From positions 64,001 to 128,000 of the IMG/VR virus record IMGVR_UViG_3300006329_000001: a stretch of 64,000 nucleotides of DNA. One strand, written 5' to 3'. Both the position numbers and the translations under genes were made by a program. Below the pieces are notes generated by a model, which had not been told where the DNA came from, ran no database searches, and saw only the letters and a program-made list of their open reading frames with translations. This document shows positions 42,527 to 49,866 of the stretch, piece after piece. This stretch comes from a virus. The stretch's first letter is position 1. The number at the start of each line of letters is the position of its first letter.

Positions 42527-42986
42527 GTTCTGTATAACTTAAATACATCTTCCCATCAGTATCTAAATCCACCAATGTGGAATTGCACTGGTATGGATGA
42601 TGTAACATATAACCTCCCTCAAGGTATATTCCGATATGATTCGCTAAACGATGCCCTTCAGCGTTCCTATACCCTCCTTGTAGAGGTTGTATGTACAGTC
42701 TCATGATCATGACATCACCCTCTTTCATGATATGATGATCAAAAGATTCCATGTTGTTTCCCTGATATATTACAGTACTGCCACCAGGTGCAGCAGCATG
42801 TATATAATCTGTTTTAAAGTAATACTTCTTCTCTGAGGGATAGTCATATAAAGGTATACCGTATTGCTCCTCATAGAACTTAAGGATAACACCATAACAT
42901 CCTCCGATGTTCTGTTTTTGTTTCCACCACGGTAAGTCCATATAAGACTTCCACTTCTGCCAAGTGTCTGAGTAGGTAGGTCTCAT
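42495..42986 (-). CDS. NlpC/P60 (C40) family peptidase-like protein
   Basis: GGCYGVILKFY (catalytic Cys), GDVMIM, NHIGIYL and YMLHH, a Cys-His-His arrangement like the lambda gpK C-terminal domain. Confidence 0.75.
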   Translation of the reverse strand: MRPTYSDTWQKWKSYMDLPWWKQKQNIGGCYGVILKFYEEQYGIPLYDYPSEKKYYFKTDYIHAAAPGGSTVIYQGNNMESFDHHIMKEGDVMIMRLYIQPLQGGYRNAEGHRLANHIGIYLEGGYMLHHPYQCNSTLVDLDTDGKMYLSYTELVLRKKENTI

Positions 42987-43186
42987 TTCTTTTTAGGGTA
43001 GTATTGGAAACCTTCTGTAACTTCCTCAAGTTCAGAAATTCTAAAGGTAATCATCTTATCCCATGGGGTATGTTGATCCATTAGAATTGCTGCTTTCTTT
43101 CCTTGTACTCTCTGTACACACCCAACATACCCTCTGTAGATTGAGTTTTCATCAATTACTTTAACTGTAGTACCTGGTAAAATCAT
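42983..43186 (-). CDS. ndhS: NdhS-like (DUF3252) ferredoxin-binding subunit of photosynthetic NDH-1
   Basis: MILPGTTVKV...Y.GY.G.VQRV...KAAIL....WDKMITFRISELE closely follows cyanobacterial NdhS (MILPG..V.V.....Y..F.G.VQRV.DG.AAVLF..GNWDKLVTFRLSELE, recalled from memory). Confidence 0.85.
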   Translation of the reverse strand: MILPGTTVKVIDENSIYRGYVGCVQRVQGKKAAILMDQHTPWDKMITFRISELEEVTEGFQYYPKKK

Positions 43187-43422
43187 ACTGATATAACTTG
43201 CTGAACTTCTGGAAATCTTTCCTTAACCAACTTCTCAATACCCATTGCCATTGTCTGAGCACTCATAGCACATCCTGCACAAGCACCCAACATTCTTACC
43301 ATTACTATAGGACCTTCCTTAAGATAATCTATAGCAACAAACTCCAAATACCCTCCATCTGCTTCGATGTAAGGACGTATCTCATCGAGTACGTTGTTCA
43401 CGTTAAGATCAGTTAGTTCCAT
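43183..43422 (-). CDS. nfuA: NifU-C/Nfu-type Fe-S cluster scaffold/carrier
   Basis: VLDEIRPYIEADGG...V.V.MLGACAGCAMSAQTM..GIE, with an intact CxxC motif. Confidence 0.88.
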   Translation of the reverse strand: MELTDLNVNNVLDEIRPYIEADGGYLEFVAIDYLKEGPIVMVRMLGACAGCAMSAQTMAMGIEKLVKERFPEVQQVISV

Positions 43423-43574
43423 ACTCTCCTCAACTGCCTTACATCTGTTACACCAAAGAGTGATTTACATTTGTTTTCAGCATCCTCTCGTAGGTTACTC
43501 TCACAAAGAAACTCTACACTAACTAAACGGTTGCTAGGGTAGAGTACTTGTGCTGTCCATGTTGTAGGTTTCAT
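43413..43574 (-). CDS. Hypothetical 53-aa protein (MKPTTWTAQVLYPSNRLVSVEFLCESNLREDAENKCKSLFGVTDVRQLRRVWN)
   Basis: Hand-translated. It fills the gap exactly and overlaps both neighbours (ATGA overlap upstream). Confidence 0.6.
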   Translation of the reverse strand: MKPTTWTAQVLYPSNRLVSVEFLCESNLREDAENKCKSLFGVTDVRQLRRVWN

Positions 43575-44206
43575 GCAGGTGTTACGTTAAATGTCAATGT
43601 GATTCTATTATCTGTCTGGTTACTTTCATATCCATGAGTCAGATTACTAGGATAGATTACCACATCACCTTTCTTAAACGGTACTGTTGCTTCCTGTAGA
43701 TTAAAAGCAGTCATCTGTTTAAACGGTAACATCATTACAGGGAACATCTGAGACTGTACCTGACGTTTAAACTTGAGAAAACTATGTGCTTCCTGATCAT
43801 AGTTAATAAAGAACGTACCACTAAACACACAGTTAGCATGTTCATGGGGAGCATAGATAGCACCTTGATGTGCAACCTCTACATATACATCATTAATACG
43901 AAACTCAGAAGCATAGTTTAAACCTTCATTATTATGAAAGTGTACACATTCCATTAACTGCTTCTCTAGATCAGGCATATCCTTAAGGATCTGATTCGTT
44001 TTACCTACCTGTTGTACGTTATGACATAGAACTGCTCTCTCGTTTATCTCAACGAAATCCTGATTCTTCATCCATTTCAGTACAGGATCTACAAACTCTT
44101 CTATATTAAACTTACTCACAGGAGTCATAAAAAGACCATACGTCTCTCTATCCAAGCGAGTATGTTCACTAAAGTCCTGCTTGATGTCGTGTATGCTAGT
44201 GCTCAT
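43571..44206 (-). CDS. Fe(II)/2OG oxygenase, TIGR02466-like
   Basis: PHEHANCVFSGTFFI, GDVVIYPSNLTHG and RITLTFN motifs. Confidence 0.8.
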   Translation of the reverse strand: MSTSIHDIKQDFSEHTRLDRETYGLFMTPVSKFNIEEFVDPVLKWMKNQDFVEINERAVLCHNVQQVGKTNQILKDMPDLEKQLMECVHFHNNEGLNYASEFRINDVYVEVAHQGAIYAPHEHANCVFSGTFFINYDQEAHSFLKFKRQVQSQMFPVMMLPFKQMTAFNLQEATVPFKKGDVVIYPSNLTHGYESNQTDNRITLTFNVTPA

Positions 44207-44342
44207 TGTGTTTCTTGGTAGTACGCTTTATTAATTTAGCATACTTAACTTCTTCTTTAGTATACCACCCTTTATGCTCTTTAGCAAGTTTGATGATTTT
44301 CTTTGCGGACTTTCTGTCCGACTTCCTCTGTGTCTCATCCAT
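44196..44342 (-). CDS. Hypothetical basic 48-aa protein (MDETQRKSDRKSAKKIIKLAKEHKGWYTKEEVKYAK...)
   Basis: Hand-translated; overlaps the next gene's start. Confidence 0.55.
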   Translation of the reverse strand: MDETQRKSDRKSAKKIIKLAKEHKGWYTKEEVKYAKLIKRTTKKHNEH

Positions 44343-44504
44343 ATGAGAAATTTTTATATACGAAAAATATTTTTAATATAACATAATATAACGACCCCTC
44401 TGGGATACGTTTATAGCTTAGAAAGACGGTACTTTTTTAATTATAGACAACGAACGGACGAAATTAACTGTCATAAGTGTTAATAACTGTGTGCGTGCTA
44501 TGTA

Positions 44505-44711
44505 TTACATAGTGTCCTCAATATATCCCACATCATAACATAAACCCTCTGCTATGAAGTAGTCACATAACTGTTGTAATTGTCCATGCAATTCTTCATT
44601 TAAACCTGTGTCAATTAGACCCTGTGCTAACAAGATCTGTTCATCAGGTGGACAACATCCAGACTCATAAAGTTCCAGGAGAAACTGTAAAGAATAGGGA
44701 ATAGATTTCAT
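44505..44711 (-). CDS. Hypothetical protein
   Basis: 68-aa ORF with an ATGA overlap to the upstream ORF. Confidence 0.6.
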   Translation of the reverse strand: MKSIPYSLQFLLELYESGCCPPDEQILLAQGLIDTGLNEELHGQLQQLCDYFIAEGLCYDVGYIEDTM

Positions 44712-44890
44712 GCTAATTGTTTACTATAACTCTCAGCATCTTTGAGTGCTAATTGATAAGATTTAAACGCTCCGTTAGGTTTACAATTTGGGTAATCATA
44801 TGCCCAAAAATGTTTACTACCCTTTGTCCACAATTTAATAGTAACTGGGGGGTTAGTTTCCAAAGTAATTGTTTTAGTCATTAGAGGCAA
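44708..44890 (-). CDS. Hypothetical protein
   Basis: ORF track; true start probably the ATG at about 44881. Confidence 0.55.
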   Translation of the reverse strand: MPLMTKTITLETNPPVTIKLWTKGSKHFWAYDYPNCKPNGAFKSYQLALKDAESYSKQLA

Positions 44891-44942
44891 TTAAGGCAAA
44901 AAAGTGTTAAGCAATTAAGGCAATATAGGCATCTAATTCTTG

Positions 44943-45110
44943 TTACTTAGTGGGCATATTAGGCAGGTCATTGTTAATAGTTTTCCACAAGTCTGTGGAT
45001 AACTTGTTAGAAACTCCCTTATGATTAGGTCGGGATTGTTTCCTCTTTTCTCTCAAACTTTTCGCCTTATGTGATACATAGAGGTCGTTTCGTTTGTATG
45101 TCCTACCCAT
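44943..45110 (-). CDS. Small basic hypothetical protein (MGRTYKRNDLYVSHKAKSLREKRK...)
   Basis: Hand-translated 55-aa ORF directly downstream of a consensus sigma70 promoter. Confidence 0.55.
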   Translation of the reverse strand: MGRTYKRNDLYVSHKAKSLREKRKQSRPNHKGVSNKLSTDLWKTINNDLPNMPTK

Positions 45111-45152
45111 TGGTAATTAGTGTTATTAATTAACACTTAAGTAACTGCTAGT

Positions 45153-45181
45153 ATTATATAGCAAAAATGCCTATGTGTCAA
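45153..45181 (-). promoter_or_regulatory. Consensus sigma70 promoter TTGACA-N17-TATAAT
   Basis: The minus strand reads TTGACA cataggcatttttgcta TATAAT, about 43 nt upstream of the ATG at 45110. Confidence 0.85.
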
Positions 45182-45350
45182 ATTGTGTTGACGTGCTGAT
45201 AGTGTTGACAATTCGGTGATGATATGAGACAATTTGAGACACCAACAACTCCGTACATTCCGAAAGGTATAAAACACTTAACTATGTTTTTTAAAACATT
45301 TATAAAGTTTTCCACAATTTCCCGTAACTGTGGATAACTCTATACGCCCA

Positions 45351-45566
45351 CTAGGTTATTTCTACCCAATTCTCTCTGGGGAACTCTGGTAACTCTGGGT
45401 CATTTGCTGACTTTAGTTCAGTTGCTGTGATGCCCTCTAGTGCATCAAAATGGGGATAAAACAGTTCATCTAGAATTTTCTCTGACATGACTTCCTGTTC
45501 ATCATCCATAAAAACCCGATAATGCTTAAAGGCATTGTAGATTAGTTCATACTCTTTTCTGTTCAT
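45351..45566 (-). CDS. Hypothetical early protein
   Basis: 71-aa ORF with an AGGA RBS-like sequence. Confidence 0.6.
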   Translation of the reverse strand: MNRKEYELIYNAFKHYRVFMDDEQEVMSEKILDELFYPHFDALEGITATELKSANDPELPEFPRENWVEIT

Positions 45567-45600
45567 TGGTTTCTGTCCTATAGTGTGAATAAATGGGGGA

Positions 45601-45939
45601 TTATCTCAAATAGAGATAACCACCTGCCCAACTAGCACGATTTAGACATAAATTCCTGGAATTCTCGTCTAGTAGGTTATAGCGTACATGTTTAGCGGGT
45701 GCTTTCCATGAAGCAGGTTTGTAAACGTCACCTGTTTTTTTATCAACAAATGCGTGTACTGATCTACTGGAATACTCGCCATTTCTCTTTTCGCATTGGT
45801 TGATTTTAAAATACTTTCTACCTGATTCGATTCTAAACTGTAAATCTTGCCCCTGTGGGTACTGGTGGTTATAGTCCTCTGTGAGTGCTGTGCATAACTG
45901 TTGAGCGTAGTTTAGAACTGGGTTTGTTGCTGTTGTCAT
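45601..45939 (-). CDS. Conserved phage hypothetical protein
   Basis: GRKYFKI...SVHAFVDKKTGDVYKPASWKAPAKHVRYNL motif, recognised as widespread in large myoviruses. Confidence 0.7.
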   Translation of the reverse strand: MTTATNPVLNYAQQLCTALTEDYNHQYPQGQDLQFRIESGRKYFKINQCEKRNGEYSSRSVHAFVDKKTGDVYKPASWKAPAKHVRYNLLDENSRNLCLNRASWAGGYLYLR

Positions 45940-45985
45940 GATGTTTAATAAAAAAAAATTTGCGTGCTGTGAGTGATTGTGAGAT

Positions 45986-46219
45986 TTACTGATTGATTGC
46001 TCTTGTGTTGATTACGAGGTCTCTGACTCTTTCCCTGTCTAGTGAGTCTCCGTTGCCCCAAGTGACGTGAGTTCCCTCTTCGCATAAATCCAGATAATTT
46101 AGTGTTGCTAGTGCTAACTCTTGTCTGGTTAACCCTTGGATAGGGTAGAGGGCATCAGGATGACTAGGTAAATAGAACATTTCGCAATAGTCAAGAAAGT
46201 CTTTAAAATTAGTTGGCAT
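45986..46219 (-). CDS. Hypothetical early protein
   Basis: 77 aa with a GDSLDRERVRD motif. Confidence 0.6.
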   Translation of the reverse strand: MPTNFKDFLDYCEMFYLPSHPDALYPIQGLTRQELALATLNYLDLCEEGTHVTWGNGDSLDRERVRDLVINTRAINQ

Positions 46220-46370
46220 TGTTCCATCCTCTGTAAATGTTTAAAATTGTCATTAACTCGTTGTATTCTTGAGTTGAGTATGCTCTTTTGTCCTCTGGTA
46301 TGAAGTCTGACCAATCTGTGCCATCAAACTTGATTTCGAGGGTGTTTTCTGGTGAGAGTCTTGTTTGCAA
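46209..46370 (-). CDS. Hypothetical 53-aa early protein (TTG start; MQTRLSPENTLEIKFDGTDWSDF...)
   Basis: Hand-translated. The start lies 9 nt after the GGAG of the repeated leader at 46380. Confidence 0.55.
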   Translation of the reverse strand: MQTRLSPENTLEIKFDGTDWSDFIPEDKRAYSTQEYNELMTILNIYRGWNNAN

Positions 46371-46379
46371 TTTTTGATG

Positions 46380-46450
46380 CTCCGTAGGTGTCTATAATAG
46401 TATTATAAAGGATTTTCTGAATAAAGTATATACAGAATGTGCGGAAATTA
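46380..46450 (-). promoter_or_regulatory. Early promoter/leader cassette copy A
   Basis: 20-bp TATTATAGACACCTACGGAG (46380-46399) preceded by a TATAAT -10 box. Confidence 0.7.
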
Positions 46451-46834
46451 ATCCGTCACATTGTAGTGCTTTTTGATGAGATTTCTGTATCTAACTGCAT
46501 TGCTTCCTAATACTGATTCTATCGCTACCTCGTCAAATTCGATTCTGTCGATTTCCCACTTATCATTTTCGATTGCTCTAATAAATGCGTACTCGTCAGA
46601 ATGTGCATCATGATCGAAATTGTTATATGTTAATGTGCCACCATATAGATTTCTGGTTAAATCCTCTCTTGAGTGAACATAAAAAACTGTGCATATGTGT
46701 GCATCATTTACTCTGATCTCTGAAGTGAACTCGTTACCTGTGTGAGTTGAGTTCCATACCATTACGTTATTTCTTAAGGAACAGGTGTTTCTCTTGTCGA
46801 TTGCTTCGATTACTCTTGTTTGGTAAGCATCCAT
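46448..46834 (-). CDS. Hypothetical early protein
   Basis: 128-aa ORF directly behind cassette copy B. Confidence 0.65.
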   Translation of the reverse strand: MDAYQTRVIEAIDKRNTCSLRNNVMVWNSTHTGNEFTSEIRVNDAHICTVFYVHSREDLTRNLYGGTLTYNNFDHDAHSDEYAFIRAIENDKWEIDRIEFDEVAIESVLGSNAVRYRNLIKKHYNVTD

Positions 46835-46842
46835 TTTTCGTA

Positions 46843-46925
46843 CTCCGTAGGTGTCTATAATATAATTATAGTCTATTTTGGTGCTTATTCTATACTGAGT
46901 GTGTAGATATTATTATTGGCACAAG
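46843..46925 (-). promoter_or_regulatory. Early promoter/leader cassette copy B
   Basis: Identical 20-bp leader (46843-46862), TATAAT, and an upstream GTGCCAATAATAATATCTACACAC element. Confidence 0.7.
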
Positions 46926-46931
46926 ATCGGT

Positions 46932-47820
46932 TTACAAATCTGTGTTTCTCTGCTCTTCTAATAATTGAGTAATACAATTATCAATACATTCGAAAATTGT
47001 GGTTTCTGTTCCCTCGTTATCCTTAGGTAGATTTCCAAAATCTGTGAATTCTGCCATCCTTCGAATATCGTAGAGATCGCATAAAATGTCTTGTATGTTC
47101 ATGAAAGTTCCTCCAAATTAAATTCCTTTTGTATGTCCTCAAATATAATACTATCCCAAGAATTCATTTCCTCAAATACACTTTGCTGTCCTGTATCTTG
47201 TCTTATGTTCTCGAAATCAATATGACTTGACTCTGCAATTAATTCTCTCATCTGATCGGGTGTAAGGTTATTTACATAATCGTTAACAAATTTCCTTACT
47301 ACCTTATCATATTCCTTAATTGATAATGTCATCATGCCACCTCCAAATCTGATAGATAGCACTCAACTGTCATCATTTCATATTCGATAATGTCTGTCAT
47401 GATAACTGCATAGTTATTAATTGGTTCACATATAACAACGTGACCTGTTAAATCGTCATGTATTTTTGACTTAACATTAGTTCCAATTTTAATCATTGTG
47501 CCATGTCCTCAAATAGTCGGTTAGTTAGTGCAATTTGCTCATCCTCTGTGAGTTCGGGAAAATCTGCTTGCACTTCCTCAAATAGATTTTCCAGGATTTC
47601 GGTGTTTACTGAATGTGACATATTAAACTCCAACCATTTTTGCTATATCTGCCATGAACTCTTCATATTTCCATTGTGCTGATTGAGTTAACATTTTTGC
47701 TCCGTACATAGGAAAATCGCCTGTGTCCTTCGCTTCTGCTACTACCTCGTCATAACATGCTTGGAAAATACCTTCCTGTGTTACTGGGTATGCTGTGATG
47801 TCAATGTATAAGAATTGCAT
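46932..47820 (-). other. Operon of five small hypothetical ORFs (47623-47820, 47493-47621, 47332-47496, 47099-47335, 46932-47102)
   Basis: Two are in the ORF track and three were hand-translated (42-56 aa). They are chained by ATGA overlaps, mostly acidic, and lie behind cassette copy C. Confidence 0.6.
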
Positions 47821-47829
47821 TTTTAAAGT

Positions 47830-47910
47830 CTCCGTAGGTGTCTATAATACTATTATAATAAAAAATAGGACTAATTTAATACTGAGTGTGTAGATTTCTT
47901 TTCTGTCCAC
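47830..47910 (-). promoter_or_regulatory. Early promoter/leader cassette copy C
   Basis: Identical 20-bp leader (47830-47849) and TATAAT; shares the 17-bp ATCTACACACTCAGTAT with copy B. Confidence 0.7.
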
Positions 47911-47919
47911 CATTTGCTT

Positions 47920-48105
47920 TTAATTCTCTGAATCTATGGTAAGTAAACCATCATGTAATATCTGGAATAAATCAGATAACTCATTTACTAATTTTTCATC
48001 ATCATTACCTTGCATATATCCCTCAATGGTATAAAGTAAGGTTTCGATTTGATAATTAGTGAAATCGTATGATGCTGTTGTTTTAGGTGTGATAGTTACT
48101 TTCAT
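47920..48105 (-). CDS. Hypothetical early protein
   Basis: ORF track; ATGA-coupled. Confidence 0.55.
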   Translation of the reverse strand: MKVTITPKTTASYDFTNYQIETLLYTIEGYMQGNDDEKLVNELSDLFQILHDGLLTIDSEN

Positions 48106-48311
48106 TTTCTTATTTCGTAGTAAATGTTAGTGATCTCATAACCTGATTTATCAGTAATTAGATCGATTAGGTCATTTTCGTTGTTTGCTTCGTATTGTCC
48201 TAAATGCCGATCTCTAAGTGCAATTTCCTCATCATAAGTAAATTGTAAATCTGGGTCTCCATCCCCTATCTCATCTAAGTAAAACTCAATATCAGTTACT
48301 AAGTATTTCAT
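48102..48311 (-). CDS. Acidic hypothetical early protein
   Basis: 69 aa, D/E-rich; ATGA-coupled. Confidence 0.6.
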   Translation of the reverse strand: MKYLVTDIEFYLDEIGDGDPDLQFTYDEEIALRDRHLGQYEANNENDLIDLITDKSGYEITNIYYEIRK

Positions 48312-48559
48312 GACTCAATTAACCTCAATTCTTTATAATTATGACACATAATCCTTTGATTATCGTTATTAATTAATACAGTACGATTTGATGCAGGTGT
48401 ATATCCTTTTGCATCAATTTGTCCTTTAATGTAGTTAATTAACACATAATAAACTCTATCATTAAATGATACTAAATCACCTACTCCAATATGGTAAGGT
48501 GTATGATATTGATTATTTGGCATTGTAAACCTCACCTGATAATACTTTATCAAATACAC
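48308..48559 (-). CDS. Hypothetical early protein
   Basis: ORF track; true start probably MPNNQY (about 48523). Confidence 0.5.
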   Translation of the reverse strand: MYLIKYYQVRFTMPNNQYHTPYHIGVGDLVSFNDRVYYVLINYIKGQIDAKGYTPASNRTVLINNDNQRIMCHNYKELRLIES

Positions 48560-48981
48560 TTCTCTGGAGATCGGTCAATTCGAAATCCATATCCCTGAGA
48601 ATGTCATATAATTTGATGAGTTCATATTGCTCATCAAATGTTATCGCAAATAGGTTCACTTCATCACCTCATCAACTAAGTTATCATATGTTTGGATGTC
48701 CCATCCTTTTTGCTCTGGTACATCCATTTCATAAGCAAACATAACTAAGTCCTGTAAGTACTCAAGTTGTGAATCTGTCAATTTTAAAGTTTTCATGATC
48801 TTATACTGTTATAAATGGTTGATTAAGTTGGATAGGGTCGGTTTCATTCGCTAGAAATATATTACTAGCAACGTGGTAACCCTTATAGGATTTGTTGTAA
48901 ACTATTACATCCTGTAATAGTTGGTCATCAGTTAAATTACTGAGTTCGGTTAATAGGTCGAGATACTTCATTAATTACTCC

Positions 48982-49299
48982 TTATGAAAATGCTAGTTCG
49001 AAACCATTTACAAAATCCTCGGATAGATTTTTGTAACCTACGAACCACTCCCAGTTCTTCTGAAATACTCTTGCACCATAAGAAAACTCATAGCAAAGTG
49101 CATTTAGTCTGGATTTGGTGGTGTTGCTCTGCCAACCACCATCAAAGAGAATTAAAGAGTTGTTTGTAACAGTTGCAATATGGTTACCATGTAGGTAAAC
49201 GTTAGCACCTTCTGAATCATGAGTAACTTGTGTGTTACTGTTGCTGAAGTTGCTTCCGTTGCGGATTGCTCTGTTCATTGCTCTTTCGATTTGTCTCAT
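48982..49299 (-). CDS. Conserved cyanophage early hypothetical protein
   Basis: MRQIERAMNRAI...VYLHGNHIATV...DGGWQSNTTKSRLNAL, with a strong AAAGGAGA RBS. Confidence 0.7.
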   Translation of the reverse strand: MRQIERAMNRAIRNGSNFSNSNTQVTHDSEGANVYLHGNHIATVTNNSLILFDGGWQSNTTKSRLNALCYEFSYGARVFQKNWEWFVGYKNLSEDFVNGFELAFS

Positions 49300-49384
49300 G
49301 AATTCTCCTTTGAGATTGATTTGGGTTAAGGGTCAGGTGACGTGAGAGGCATAACCCATGACTCCGTTTGACCCTTATGAATCT

Positions 49385-49442
49385 ATTATAGTCGATCAGG
49401 TCGCTTATTCTATATAAAATGGACACTCTTTTAACTGTCCAC
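49385..49442 (-). promoter_or_regulatory. Early promoter with upstream palindrome TGGACA-N10-TGTCCA
   Basis: GACTATAAT -10 region shared with cassette B; perfect inverted repeat at 49420-49441. Confidence 0.6.
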
Positions 49443-49545
49443 TCAATATTTACTTCGTTCGCATTGTATGGTAGGTGATATGCTATTGTAGTTTATGGTA
49501 AGGTTTATTGTAGATAACAATACCAATAGTGTTAAACATATATTT

Positions 49546-49866
49546 CTATACATCTTCTAGAAATATAATGCTATCATTTTGTCTAGACCAATTATCAGGT
49601 ATTGCATCAGGTGGTGGGATGAGTGGTTCATATAATCCTCTACCTTTTGGAATAGGTACTAATTTTAATCTATTATTAAGTGAAAATCGATCTATCAAAA
49701 TATCATTTAATACATTAATCGATTCATTCATTTGTTGATAACCTCTACCTACAAATATTTGACCACTAACTACACTTATTGTAGCAATGCCCCAAAATAG
49801 ATAATAAAATCTGCTTTTAACTTGTGCTTTAATTTTAGTCTTTTTAGTTGTGTAATCCTTAACCAT
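49546..49866 (-). CDS. Hypothetical protein with one predicted transmembrane segment
   Basis: Hydrophobic stretch RFYYLFWGIATISVVSGQIFVG. Confidence 0.6.
   Translation of the reverse strand: MVKDYTTKKTKIKAQVKSRFYYLFWGIATISVVSGQIFVGRGYQQMNESINVLNDILIDRFSLNNRLKLVPIPKGRGLYEPLIPPPDAIPDNWSRQNDSIIFLEDV

Larger units (their letters stand above)
44981..45592. promoter_or_regulatory. Cluster of DnaA-box matches (TTWTNCACA)
   Basis: TTTTCCACA at 44981-44989 with TGTGGATAA at 44994-45002; TTTTCCACA at 45308-45316 with TGTGGATAA at 45329-45337; TGTGAATAA at 45584-45592. Confidence 0.65.

Noticed and set aside
46129-46314. ORF-track 61-aa minus-strand ORF
   Set aside because: It overlaps two better-supported ORFs (46209-46370, which follows the conserved leader/SD, and 45986-46219).
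49235-49426. ORF-track 63-aa minus-strand ORF
   Set aside because: It spans the promoter and palindrome and overlaps the 49299 gene, which has the strong RBS.
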